Shown one piece after another: positions 25,101 to 37,525 of a stretch of DNA of 64,000 nt. Position 1 is the first letter of the stretch. Every line of letters starts with the position of its first letter. The notes beneath the pieces were generated by a model that saw only the letters and a list, made by a program, of their open reading frames with translations, did not search any database and was not told the origin of the DNA. The DNA lies in assembly GCA_047967505.1 (NCBI GenBank), contig CM106538.1; one strand, written 5' to 3'. The DNA is from Dipteris shenzhenensis (lineage: Eukaryota). The translations under genes were made by a program, and so were the position numbers.

Positions 25101-26829
25101 CTTGAAGTGCATGTACATGGTCATCTTCCGATCCCAACAAACAACTCATGTATGTTATTGTACGAATTTGACTCTCAAAATCACCCTACCTAACCAAGGT
25201 CAAAATCCTAATCCACTTTTTGTAGATGTCATCATCATATGTGACCATGTGAGTGTCCTTGGTAGCAAAGCTAGAGGCCATCGACACGCTTGTGGCTCCT
25301 ACAAAATTTTGAGGAAAATCAAAAGCATCTTAGAAATTATTCTAATCCAAATCATGTAATAGAGAGTAGAATGGCACTAGTGCCATTCTCCCATTACCAT
25401 GTCAAAAATACTACTATCACTTCTTTTACAAAGTCATAAAAATACTTGAAGTAAATAATGCAAAAAAGCAAACTTTATTAGTCACATCCCAACTTTGTCG
25501 ATCTTTATGCCCTTTGACAAGGCCTTGGGCTAGTTTTTTGAATGCAACCCACTGTGCCCTTAAGTGTTGCAAGATGTCAATGTATGGCTGATTTTTCAAA
25601 ACGGTCTATGCCTCCATGTTGGCCAGTGATGATATCTTGCAACTTGCTTCAACTGGCACATTGACCATGATTATTTCACACCTCCATGTTTAGAAACCCT
25701 TTTGTTGATTGAAGGCTTCTCCCTCTTTTTTAGTTATAAACATCTTTGTAGCATATATCGAATGCTGCCCTAACGAGAATCCAATACTTATACTTTTTCA
25801 CTTTTATCTCTTTCTTGCGCATAGGAGTATTTGTGCCTGTATGGTGTCACATAAGATAGGCACACGTTGCTACAAGTCTTGCATTCATTACAAAGATCTT
25901 GACCAATTCACTGACGTAGCTGTGCGTCAGTGTCCTATAGACATATTGCCTTGGTACTATGAAGCAATTCATCACTGGGATCAAAACTTCAAACTCCAGA
26001 CCAAATGGAAATTACTCTGCGTACTCCCATCAAGCATGTCATACTTGTGCCTTAAAGTGCTAGATTTTCTTATACTATATGATTGTTTCTTCAAATAACT
26101 TCTCACCATATCCTCTAACCTGTGTCCCACCACTACCCCATTTCATCACCTCCACTATCTGTTCCATCAAGTCCGATTTCATTACCTCCCTATTTTCCTC
26201 CTAAAGTTGTCTCTCTATCTTTAAATTCTATGTCTAGTTTATCCCTAATGTTTGTTGTTCCATCTAAACTTTTTTCCATCTCACCAGTTGTTTCATCCTC
26301 ACTGGTCCTTGTAGCCTTCTCTTTCACTGTGTTGTGAGACACTTGACAGCTTGATCCCTTGAAACCATCATTTTTCTTAGTTCTTTTAGAATCTTTTCTA
26401 TTCTTTTTATTATCTTTATTTATCCCTTTTGTTACCAAATCAAAAAATTATAATATCTGTTGGTTAGTATTTTTACACCAAGCTACAACTTTGATACTTT
26501 GTGATTTACATGGTTCAACCATTCAGATGGGCAAATAATGGCCCAAAGATGTAAAAAAGGCACTCTAAAGTGTTTTCTTGGCTTGGATTTGTGTGCCCAA
26601 TTCTAAATGCAAATTTAAAGCCTTAGATGGCAAGTTTGGGAGAAAGAGATGATGATAAAAGTTGTAGGGAATCAAAAGACTATTAAAAGTTATACTATGA
26701 ATTATTTTCATATCTTGCACCATTTAGAAGATATGGGCCTCCAAACCGGGCTGTTTTTTCCCAGTGTTTTAAAAAAAAAGAGAGAACTTGCTAGATCAAA
26801 TCAATTGCACCTGCATGTAGGCATGGGGA

Positions 26830-27790
26830 CCATTATTTAGGGCATGAAGAGACATTCCCCCCAAAAAAATTTGAAAAAAAATGGCCAAATGGCCCCCAAT
26901 GTGATCTGGCCAAAAGTCGCGCCTGCTCACACTTGGGGCCATCTGGCCATTTTTTTTCAAATTTTTTTTGGGGGGAATGTCTCTCCATGTCCCAAATACT
27001 GTCATCTGGCCATTTTTTTTCAATTGTTTTTAGGGGAATGTCTCTCCATGCCCCAAATACTATTCCCAACAGTATTTGGGGCATGGAGAGACATTCCCCC
27101 AAAAAAATTTTGAAAAAAAATGGCCAGATGGCCCTAGGTGTGAGCAGGTGTGACTTTTGGCTAGACAGGGATCTTTTGGCCAGAAGAGATCCCTGTCTGG
27201 CCAAAAGTCGCGCCTGCTCACACCTGGGGCCATTTGGTCTTTTTTTTTAAAAAAGGGGAATGTCTCTCCATGCCCCAAATACTATTGGGGACTAGTATTT
27301 GAAGCATGGAGAGACATTCCCCCAAAAAAATTTTGAAAAAAAATGGCCAAATGGCCCTAGGTGTGAGCAGGCGTGACTTTCGGCCAGACAGCCTGCTCAC
27401 ACCTATAGCCATCTGGCCATTTTTTTTCAAATCCCAAATAATTTGAAAAAAAATGGCCAAATGGCCCTAGGTGTGAGCAGGCGTGACTTTTGGCCACACA
27501 GGGTCCCTGTCTGGCCAAAAGTCACGCCTGCTCACACCTACAGCCGTCTGGCCATTTTTTTTCAAATCCCAAATAATGTTGAGGAACAGTGTTTGGGGCA
27601 TGGAGAGACATTCCCCCAAAAAAATTTGGAAAAAAATGGCCAGATGGCCCCAGGTGTGAGCAGGCGCGACTTTTGGCCTCCCCGTCTGGCCAAAAGTCGC
27701 GCCTGCTCACACCTGGGGCCATCTGGCCATTTTTTTCCAAATTTTTTTTGGGGGAATGTCTCTCCATGCCCCAAATATTGGTTCCTAACA
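26830..27790. repeat. Array of about 90-bp units in alternating orientation (foldback-like)
   Basis: The unit GGGGCATGGAGAGACATTCCCCC-A(n)-TTTG-A(n)-TGGCCAGATGGCCCCAGGTGTGAGCAGGCGCGACTTTTGGCC and its reverse complement alternate about 11 times as full or partial copies. Confidence 0.9.
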
Positions 27791-28929
27791 AATCAAGGAT
27801 GCCTAATAGTTTTTTTTGGAGGGGGAGGGGGGGTCAAGATTGCCTAATATTTTTCCAAATCATCTTTTTTCTCTTTTATTTATTGGGAACCACTATTTGG
27901 GGCTCAATCTTGTTGAAGCCTAGTTCAAGTGGTTGCCTTTCTTTGTTTACACAATACTTGTTCTTCTTGGCTCAACTGATTTTTTGTATAGATGTGTGGC
28001 TAATGGGGTGTACTGGTGTTCATTATAGAGAAACTTGCTAATCACCAAGAAGGGGTTGATTAGGGGCAAGAAGTAACCTCATAAGACACAACAAAGTCCT
28101 CTTGGCCAAGCACACATTTGCACCAAACTTACATTGTTTGATCCAATTGCACACCCACATGCACATTGAGGCCAAGAGGCCTTTTTGAAATTGAGTTTTG
28201 GGTAAACTTTAACAAGCAGCAAGAACAAGACAACAATAATAAAACAACATAGATTATGATTTTACTTTATTTCATGAGAATGATAACATTTATTCATTTT
28301 AGAATGAAATAATATCGTTTACCATAGAAAGGGCAAGATAAGCAACATCCATTGGGGAGCCAAAATATATTGTCTACAAAAGGACACACTATAATATAAT
28401 AGGTGTCCTCTAAAGGAAAAGAACACATACAAGACAGATAAATGTTGATGGGTATAGTGGTAAATGCTAAAGAATGACCACTTCCATCATGTTAAAGAAG
28501 ATTCTTACCTCTACCTTTGATTGCCTCAATGTTCTATCCATCCATGCTCAAGTTCCTTGAAATCCAATCGAGATTACTTCCACATATTTGAAAAGATTTG
28601 AATAATGTTTATCCAATAAGCTATAGGGAGAAGGTGGTTCATAATTCCTAGACGTAGCCCTCATGCACCATGTAGCTTACACCCTTTGATTGATTGCTTG
28701 CTCCACCGCAACCTGCCAAGAAGACGTTTTGTCACATGCGCTTGTAACTCAGGGAACACTTCTACTTCTTGTTGGTAACATTGAAATGGAACAATGAGAG
28801 ATGTGAGAAAATAGATTTGAGTTACTGAGTGAAAGTAATTAAAAAAAAAAGATTACAAAATAGCTTTGTTGTTACACTATCAACTACCAAGCCCCACATT
28901 GTAGGAGAATCTTGCAATGGAGCCATGAG

Positions 28930-29060
28930 AGGGTTAGAAAAGCGTATGGTGAGAAGAAAAAGGATTCAAGGGTTAGAAAGTGATTTAGTGAGAAAAAGAA
29001 GGATTAAGGCATTCGAAAGTGACTATTGTGAGTAGAAGAAGGATTCAAGGGTTAGAAAGG
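28930..29060. repeat. About 42-bp tandem repeat, three copies
   Basis: GTGAG-AAGAAAAGGATTCAAGGGTTAGAAAG recurs at about 28949, 28988 and 29028. Confidence 0.65.
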
Positions 29061-29404
29061 GATTTGGGTGCATATGCATGGTTTGGGGGAAGTTTTGGAA
29101 GGGTTTCAGGTCATTTTTGGCACTTCTGAAAATTTTCAAATTTTTGGGGGGCGTAGTACCCATGAGACACTTTTTAGGAGCGGGGACCACCTTGGGGTAT
29201 AAAGAGGGTGGAGTTCTTGCACATGGTGGGGATCCTCCAAGTGGGAGAGGGAGGTGCACTTTTTGGGACCACCAAATCCTAGGGATGTGTACTTTTTTAG
29301 ACTCATATGGGGGTGATGGGAGCCTTTATAGACCTTATTAGTTCTTAATCCATTTTGCTAATCCACTCCTTATGAGGCCCTTTTTGAGTCCAAAATTCCC
29401 CTAA

Positions 29405-29890
29405 TGATTATCCATAATCCTAGATGTACAATGGCACTTAATTGCACTGGTGCAATTATCCATAATCCTAGATGTACAATGGCACTTGTTCCATTCTCCA
29501 TGTGGGTTTAGAAGAATGGCACCAATGCCATTCTTCATAAACCATATGAAGATTTGCTCCATTGCTGGTTTATGGAGAATGGAACTGGTGCTAATCTCCA
29601 TTTGTGCTAGCAATTTCAGACACCCATGGAGATTGGTAATACTGCCATTTTCTACCCGCCCACATGGATATTGGTGTGAGATTATAGAGAATGTCAGTGG
29701 AGAATGGGACAATTGCCCTGCAATTGCCATTGTGTAGGTATGGTTTGTGGAGAATGGCACTGGTGCCAATCTTTGTGTGGGTTGTTGAGAATGGCATCAG
29801 ATCCAATCTCCATGTGGAGTTGTAGAGAATGGCACTAGTTCCATTCTCCAAATTGGTTTATGGAGAATGGCACTGGTGCCAATCTCTATG
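29405..29890. repeat. Array of 22-bp palindromic motifs (AGAATGGCACTAGTGCCATTCT family)
   Basis: Degenerate copies at about 29513, 29576, 29630, 29751, 29788, 29826 and 29864. A perfect palindromic copy sits at 25368-25389. Confidence 0.85.
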
Positions 29891-30132
29891 TGAAAGTAGA
29901 GAAAGTGAAGTTTATCAAATTGACAAAGGTTCAAGAGGGGTCCAATCTACAGATACAAAGGTTTAGGGTTCCTTCATAGATACTCATGCATTTGTGTCAA
30001 CACACTCCATAAAAAAATCAAGCATCATCATGATTTATGATCCACATTTATCCATTCTCCATAGGACATTAATGGAGCATACTAATAAAACGTGGATTTT
30101 AAGGGTACCCACTCATGCATTCCTATGAACAA

Positions 30133-30133
<1 letters not shown>

Positions 30134-30194
<61 letters not shown>

Positions 30195-31074
30195 ATATAT
30201 GTGTGTAGGTGCACATGTGTACCAATAAAATTTGACAGACTTCCTAGTGATAAGAATTCATGTGTAGGTAAATAATATTTATTTATTTATTTATTTATAT
30301 ACATATTATGTTTTGAAATTACATATGAAATTCAAATCCAAAGTTCATATTTCAAATTCAAATTTTGAATTTGAATTTTGAAACTAGAGTTGGAGTTGTG
30401 AGATTCAAATTTGAAACTTGAATTTTGAAACCATAATTCAAAAAAAGGGAGGGAAAGAGAGAGACAGAGACCTCCTCTACCTAATCATTGCAAAGACTCC
30501 CCCTCCCCCTCCCCCTCCGGCTTGCAAAGTCATTGATGCAAAAGGCATATAGTGAGGGGAAAGGAATATAGACATATGAGAGAGAGAGAGAGAGAGGGGG
30601 GGAGGGAGGGAGGGAGGGAGGGAGGGAGGGATCGGGGGGGATTCACCTCACACAATTTTAGTATACCACGTGCATTCAAAAGGAGGGGTATTTAATTTCA
30701 ATTTTTGAAAAAATTTAACAGAATTACAATAAGAGGAGGGGTTTTTTTATTCAATTTTAGGAAAAAATCACTTAGTTCATAAGTAAATAGGGGTGTTTTT
30801 ATTGTGGGGAAAATTTTACTTGAGGGATTTTTTAAATACCCCTTGAATGCACATGATACATAAGGTTTCTTAGTAGTGCACCCCTTGAGAGGGAGGGAGG
30901 GAGGGAGGGAGGGAGCATGCTTTCGGAGATAGAGAGAGAGAGAAGGGGGGGAGGGAGGGAGGGAGAGAGAGAGAGAGATAGAGAGAGAGAGACAGAGAGA
31001 CATAGAGACAGAGATGTGAACGGTATATATATATATATATAGATAGATAGATAGATAGATCGATCGATAGATCT

Positions 31075-31108
<34 letters not shown>

Positions 31109-31174
31109 GCATATAGAGATATGAGAGTGAGAGAGAGAGAAAGAGTGAGAGAGAGAGAGAGAGGGAGAGAGGGG

Positions 31175-31222
<48 letters not shown>
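30134..31222. repeat. Microsatellite cluster: (GT)n, (AG)n, (GGGA)n, (AT)n, (GATA)n
   Basis: Directly visible simple repeats at about 30134-30190, 30577-30630 and 30888-31222. Confidence 0.95.
30666..30855. mobile_element. Possible small MITE
   Basis: Imperfect inverted repeats CACGTGCATTCAAAAGGAGGGGTATTTAA / TTAAATACCCCTTGAATGCACATG around an AT-rich core. No clear TSD. Confidence 0.45.
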
Positions 31223-31223
<1 letters not shown>

Positions 31224-31879
31224 CTGTGGAGCACCTTGAAGGCAGAGGCGATGGTAGTTACGTAGCCCCAAATTCACGTAGCCCCAAATTTTGATAGCAG
31301 ACGATTGCAACAGACCTCAAGGCTCGTACATGATAGAGATGGGAGAGTCATAGAGACACAGATTCACCATATCCACAACACTCGGCATATAGTGAATCTT
31401 TCCACTTCCAAAAAGATCAAACAACATCCGCCCAAAATCTTGCTCATATGATTAATATATGTCTAACAATCATATCAGGTTTATATTGCGAATTATCAAC
31501 TATGTCTCCCTTTCTAATGGCCTTCTCTTTTTCATCCATGAGATCCTTTTCTATCTCTTGTCGTTGCAACAAAACCTAGTTTCGTATGTGTTACATATGC
31601 CACTATACCACTCAAAGCAATGATATTCCATTATTTTCATTCAAAACAAAAAGAATATGAGTAGGACACATCAGGAATAAAATCCATGCCAACATGTGTC
31701 GAGTGAGTGGATATGAAGGTTATCCACCATGCCTTTTTTAGGTCCACGTCTCTGGCAATTCTAATCGTCTCATTATCCTAAGTCAGTCCTAGTACCTTGT
31801 TGCAGTGTTCCAATATCTCTGTCAAGTAGCTTCCTTGCTTTTGGGCTGGCTGCTCTAGCAGATTTTTTAGATTATCTCT

Positions 31880-32580
31880 GCTCTTCCCATAACCTTCTTA
31901 GATCTGTGCATAGGCTCTACATCTTAGGAGTAGTTGCTACTTGTTTTCTACCTCCCTTGTGGGGAAGATTTTGTAGGTTCTTTCCTATTTGGGGATCCTG
32001 GGTATTGCCCATCAACCCCTCTCACCTCGAGATCATGTGAACTAGTTCTGATTTTGCAGATTAGATGCCTTTTAAATGTTGATATGTCTTCCTCAAGGTA
32101 TTTTTGCATTCCAGCTTCCCATTGAATTAATTTCCTGTTTATAGAGCTGCATTTTTGTCCTCAGGTTTTGCCATAGTTTCTGTAGCACTTTTAGCGTCAC
32201 AATCTCCCTTATTTCACATGCATCTTCTAGTATATCAGCGACTGTTATACCCCGTTATTCCATCCATTTTATGCCCTCTCTGTGCCAACCTATGATTTGC
32301 ATAGCTTCCATCTCCTTGTGTGGTATCCTATTGGCGTCCATCTTCTTAAGTTTGTTGAGGTAAGCCATGAATTGACGTAATGCTTTCCCTTCTAGAGGCA
32401 TGATACCTATTTCAGCCATTAGGATGGGATAGAGTGTTTGTGCCTTAACCCCTAACTCCCCTATCAGGAAACGTTTATGTAAAGTTTCTATTCTCCCAAG
32501 CTGGCCATCTGTAAAGGTTTACTATCTGCACAAGCATGGTATATAGAAACTTTCTCATTTTCCAATTCCATAGGTGTGCC
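31880..32580 (-). mobile_element. 3' fragment of a non-L1 LINE (RT ORF C-terminus)
   Basis: Decayed translation RIETLHKRFL.GELGVKAQTLYPILMAEIGIMPLE... followed by IRTSSHDLEV...ER.....EVEN...LLRCRAYAQI, the C-terminal RxSSHxLxIE...CxxC...H...C region of LINE RT proteins. Confidence 0.65.
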
Positions 32581-32584
32581 TTCT

Positions 32585-32970
32585 TAGACAACCTTGAATT
32601 CTGGGCGATGACAGGTCGTCAAGCTAGAGACTTCGCTAAGGAGGTGATGCTCAGAATGATAGATTGTGTCTCATTATTATGCCAAAAATTAGTGCAGTTG
32701 TCTCTCTAAGACAACCTATGATTTGCATGGGCAAAGCTACAGCAAAAGGTTACGTGATCACAGGCCAGAGATTTTGCTACAGCGACAATGTTCAGAATGA
32801 TAGATTGGATCTCATTATTACACTAAGAACCAGTGCAATGGTCTCTCTAAGACAACCTTGAATTTTAATGATCTACATGGGTGCGGTGCCCAGTGATAGT
32901 CTGCAAAGCTACGGCAAAAGGCTCTGCGGTGTTTAGAATAAATAGATTGCGTCTCATTATTATGCCAGTG
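32585..32970. repeat. About 141-bp degenerate tandem repeat, three copies
   Basis: AGAATGATAGATTG.GTCTCATTATTA at about 32653, 32795 and 32935. AGACAACCT recurs at about 32587, 32710 and 32850. Confidence 0.7.
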
Positions 32971-33299
32971 CGCCATCATGACGCTGGAAAAATTTTTGAC
33001 GTGAGTGCGGATCCATGCAAAATTCAAAATTTCACCCTAGATTGCATCGCTTCGTGGCCCCGAAAATAGTTTCATGATCAGCTATACCCAAGCAAACATT
33101 GACCCATGTGATCAAACTTGTTGTCCTCAATGGTCTCTCTTGTAATCTAGGATGCTGAAATTGATGGATTTTGCTCCAAAAGTAATTATACTATTTCGTT
33201 CTAATAATTCCACATGAAAGTGAGTTGGCATCTCAGTAAAAGATTCAAAGTCACTTTGTTTCTTTTCCTTCCCTTCTTATCCTTCACATATTCTTTAGC

Positions 33300-36200
33300 T
33301 AGAATGCTTCTTTCAAATTCAGATCATGCAAATCATCACCTCCAGATAGAGCTTTTGAAATGTTTGGCTACCAGTACGACCAAGGCGGTCAATCTAGCAG
33401 TTTGAGGGAATTTTTGTGGTAGAGGAAATCATCGTGGTGGACATTCTAGTCACAGTCATTTTGCAAATGAACATGGGAATATGTATCTTGCAAATGAGGA
33501 AATGCAGCAAACTGATACAGTGTACCTAGACACTTATTGCAATCCAAAAGAGGATTTCAGCTACCAAGTCGACCAAGCAAAACAAGATCCTTAGTACATC
33601 GACAGCAGTGCATCATCTCACATGACAAATCATCAGGAATGGCTCACAGAGATGAAACCATTAGAAGGTCAAAAGAATGTCATCTACACAGTAGATATAC
33701 ACTGAATCCAGTTCAAGGGACAGGCATTATCCCTATGAACAATTTCATTGGTACGAAAGTATTGGTGAAAGATGTACTCTATGTTTGAAAGCTCAACAAG
33801 AACCTCTTGTCAGTAGGTCAAATGATGGAACACAACTACCGAGTCATCTTTGACGGAGATGAATGCACTAGCAGAGACAAAAATCTAGAAGATTTCAACT
33901 AGTAGGAAAAGGTGTCAAGGAAGGATGCTTGTACAGAATGCTAGCTTCAGTACCAAATCATCATGCCATGTCAGCTCAACCGCAATAGATGCCACTATCC
34001 ACAAAATGGCACAAGAGATATAGTCATGTTAATTTCAAGAGCTTGCTAGATCTCAGGAATCAGAATATGGCAATCAGGATTCCAAAGCTACAGTTTCTTG
34101 GAAAAGTTTGTGAAGCATGCTGCTTCAACAAACAAAAGTGAACCAACTTTGGCAGAAGCATCTCTCGAGCAAGAGGTATTCTTGATTTGATACACACAGA
34201 TGTATGGGGTTATGCCCAGACCCGCGGCATCAATGGTTCACTTTACTACTTGACTTTCATCGACAACTATAGCAGATATTGTTTGGTCTACTTTTTGAAA
34301 GAGAAATCTAAAGTTCAAGAATTCAAAGCCATGGTAGAAATCCAGAGAGGCAGAAAGATCAAAGTCATGAGATCAGATAGAGGAGGTGAATACATGTCTT
34401 CAGCATTCATGAACTTTTGCAGAAGTCAAAGTATTCAAAGACAATTCACATGTGCAGATACTCCTCAGCAAAATGCAAGAGTTAAAAGGAAGAATGGTAC
34501 TTTAGCAGATATTGCTAGAGCAATTCTTAGTGAGAAGCATCTTCCGAATCAGTATTGGGCAGAAGCAATAGCCACTACAAACTATTTGCTTAATTGGCTT
34601 CCTACCAAACTGATTCAGGGTATGACACCTTATGAAGCATTCACTGGACACAAGCCACACATTGGGCATCTCCACATATTTGCTTGCATAGCATATGCCC
34701 ACATACATAATGATCATCACAAGAAATTGGATGCGAAGTCATGCAAATGCATCATGGTTGGCTATAGTGAAGAAAGCAAAGCATACAAGTTGTATGATCC
34801 CATCAATCGAAAGGTCATTATCTCCAAGGATGTAATCTTTGATGAGGAATTAGAATGGAAAACCTCAAATGCATAGGAGATAGACACACCGATTTCACAG
34901 TCATCTACAGAAAAGATTGATGAAGTGAAGAGAAAGAATTGCCAAAAACACCCCAAGCAGAGCCACAGCAGCTCAGACGGTCTACTAGGAAAAGCAAACC
35001 TCCAATCAAATTGACATATCCTTAGAAAGGAAAAGCGATTCAAGTTGAAACCATCAACTATGCTCTTATGCCTACCATCATGGCTACAGAAGAGCCAATG
35101 TACTTTGAAGATGCAGTAGACAATCTAGAATGGCAAACTGCTATGAATGAAGAAATGGATGCTTTGTATAAGAATAATACTTGGGAATTATGTGACCTTC
35201 CACTAGGAAATAAGGCCATATCAAACAAATGGGTATACAAAGTGAAGTATAATCTAGATGGCAGTATTCAAAGATACAAAGCTAGACTAGTTGCAAAAGG
35301 ATTTGCACCGCAATATGGTCAAGATTATGATGAGACTTATGCTCCAGTAGCAAAGATGGATTCCATACGGTTCTTGATATCACTAACGACACTCAGTAGA
35401 TGGAATTTGTATTAGCTTGATGTCAAGAATGCATTTCTCAATGGTTACCTAAATGAGGAAGTCTACATGCAACAACCAACAAGTTATGTTGAACCAAGAA
35501 AGGAGAATAAGGGTTGCCATCTCAAGAAAAGTCTCTACAACTTAAAGCAAGCACCCAGACGTTGGTACAGCAGAATCGACAAGATTTGCTGATCTGGAAT
35601 ACATGAAGTCCAATGCAGATCACACTCTCTACTACAAAGTTCAAGGGGAAGACATTACTATTGCACTTTTGTACGTAGATGATCTGATTGTGACAAGAAG
35701 CAAGGATAGCTTCATCAAAAAGATAAAACAAGACTTATCTACAGAGTTCGACATGAAAGATCTTGGACTTATGCATTATTAATAGTCTTGGTATTGAGTT
35801 CTTTAGAGATTCGGATAGCACATTCTTGAGTCAGCACAAGTATGTTGATAGTCTCTTGAAGAAGTTTCATAGGGTAGATTGCAAGATTGTAACCACTCCC
35901 ATGGAACAAAGTTTGAAACTTACAAAAGATTCAGAAAAGCCTACAGTTAATGACAGGTACTACAGGCAGCTTATAGGATCTCTTATATATCTGACTATCA
36001 CACGGACAAATATTTGTTATGCATTAAGCTCACCTGGGGTGCCAAGTCCCTTTAGTAATAAAAACCTATCAAAATCTTGAGTATGAGATGAATTTAAAAA
36101 TATGCCATTAGTAGAAATTAGTCAAATTAACATGTGTTCTACACTAAAAGAGCTTCAAATATGTCTTTACACCTTGAAATTTAGGTAACACATGAAAAAG

Positions 36201-37060
36201 TTATATTAATTTGAAAGGAGATGGGTTTTCATATTTTAGTGTATTTTTTGTTACCCCCCCCCCCCCTCATCCAAAAGACCCCCCCTGGACCTCACATATT
36301 ATGAAAAATATGTACAAATCGTAAAATCTTGCATATTTTTCAAGGTATATGCCTTATATTTTGTGGGAGGGAGGACATGAGATTTTCATATTTTTCCCTT
36401 GCATATTTGAAAATTTTCAAGGGAATCCATGCATATTCTATATGGACCTTGTTCCCCCATACCCTGGATTTTGGAAGAGGGTAGTATCATAATACATATT
36501 GAGTTGGCAGCCCAGGTAAGCTTACTAGCATAGTTTATGGCAAATCCAAAACAGTCTCACTGGAATGCAGCCAAAAGAGTCTTGAGATAAATCAGAGGTA
36601 CTAGACAATTTGGGATAGAATACAGAGGAAGTCATCCACAGTTGCACGGATACTATGGCTGTGACTATGCCGGAGATCATGAAACCAGGAGATCCACATA
36701 GGGATATGCATTTTTCCTTGGTCAAGGTGCTATATCATGGTTGTCAAACAAATATCCAACCATTTCTTCATCATCTTGAGGGAAGGCCTACTTCATGATG
36801 TTGATCTTGAGGGAAGGTGTTGAGAGTTCACCCTCAACATCATGTGATCATATGTGCATAGCACTAACCCAATAGATTGCTATAAAGGAAAGGGTTAGAT
36901 GCCCTAACTCTAACCCTAAATGGGTTTGTATATATTCTACAATCTAGTGTACAGTTAGTCATTTGTGGTGCGCTCTCTAGCTGTGCCCTCTCTCCTCATC
37001 TCCAGTCTTCTCCTCTCCCCTCTTCATATTTTATTAGATTCTTTGATCATCCTTCCAGCA
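33300..37060 (+). mobile_element. Decayed Ty1/copia element (protease, GAG-pre-integrase, integrase, RT, partial RNase H, 3' LTR)
   Basis: IHTDVWG...FIDNYSRY...RSDRGGEY...TPQQN (34187-34876); KWVYKVK...RYKARLVAKGF (35068-35415); YVDDL; DYAGDHETRRST. PPT TTGAGGGAAGG is followed by TGTTGAGAG at 36818. No 5' LTR seen. Confidence 0.92.
36031..36518. mobile_element. 488-bp TIR element (MITE) inserted in the copia RT/RNase H region
   Basis: TIRs CACCTGGGGTGCCAAGTC / GAGTTGGCAGCCCAGGTA with AGCT on both sides. Removing the element restores the copia frame ICYALSLLA*FMANPK. Confidence 0.88.
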
Positions 37061-37525
37061 TTTCTTTGGTTCTTTGTGATAAGTAGACTTGTATGCTTGG
37101 CTTTATTTGGATGCTTGGCCTTATAAATTGATTTACTTATTTGTGTTGGCGATTGAATTCCAATTGTGTAGGTCCTTGAATTATGGGGATTAAATTATGG
37201 CACATCTTAGTCGCTTTGGACATTTTTAGGTCCAGATAACTCAAAGTCCGATAGCAAATTTACCTAAAATCCACTACCAAAAGGTTTTCTTAACTAGTTG
37301 AGCTAAGAAATCATTTGGGCAAGCAATGCTTCTCCTCATCACTTGTTCATAAAGCAAGAATTTTTCCAAGAATATAGTTCATCAAGTGGGTTTTGGGGGG
37401 TTTTTTGTAGAGACATAAAATCAGCAAGCAGTAGGTATGTTTCGAACACATATGAAAATTGATAGAATGATTTTTTGGGTCTAGATGAACAATCTAGCCT
37501 GCTGATAGCTTGGATATGAAAATAT

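Noticed and set aside
25410-26450. Possible decayed minus-strand gene
   Set aside because: Looks formerly coding (lysine-rich frame at 26190-26438) but no recognisable motif; not assignable.
26796-28041. Cluster of 70-150-aa ORFs on both strands
   Set aside because: Artefacts of the alternating inverted-repeat array; the same peptides appear on both strands.
29405-29890. CRISPR-like appearance: palindromic repeats with spacers
   Set aside because: Repeats are degenerate, spacers are short and similar to each other, there are no cas genes, and the context is eukaryotic TE sequence.
30698-31310. Ser/Leu-rich ORFs
   Set aside because: Translations of (AG)n and (GATA)n microsatellites.
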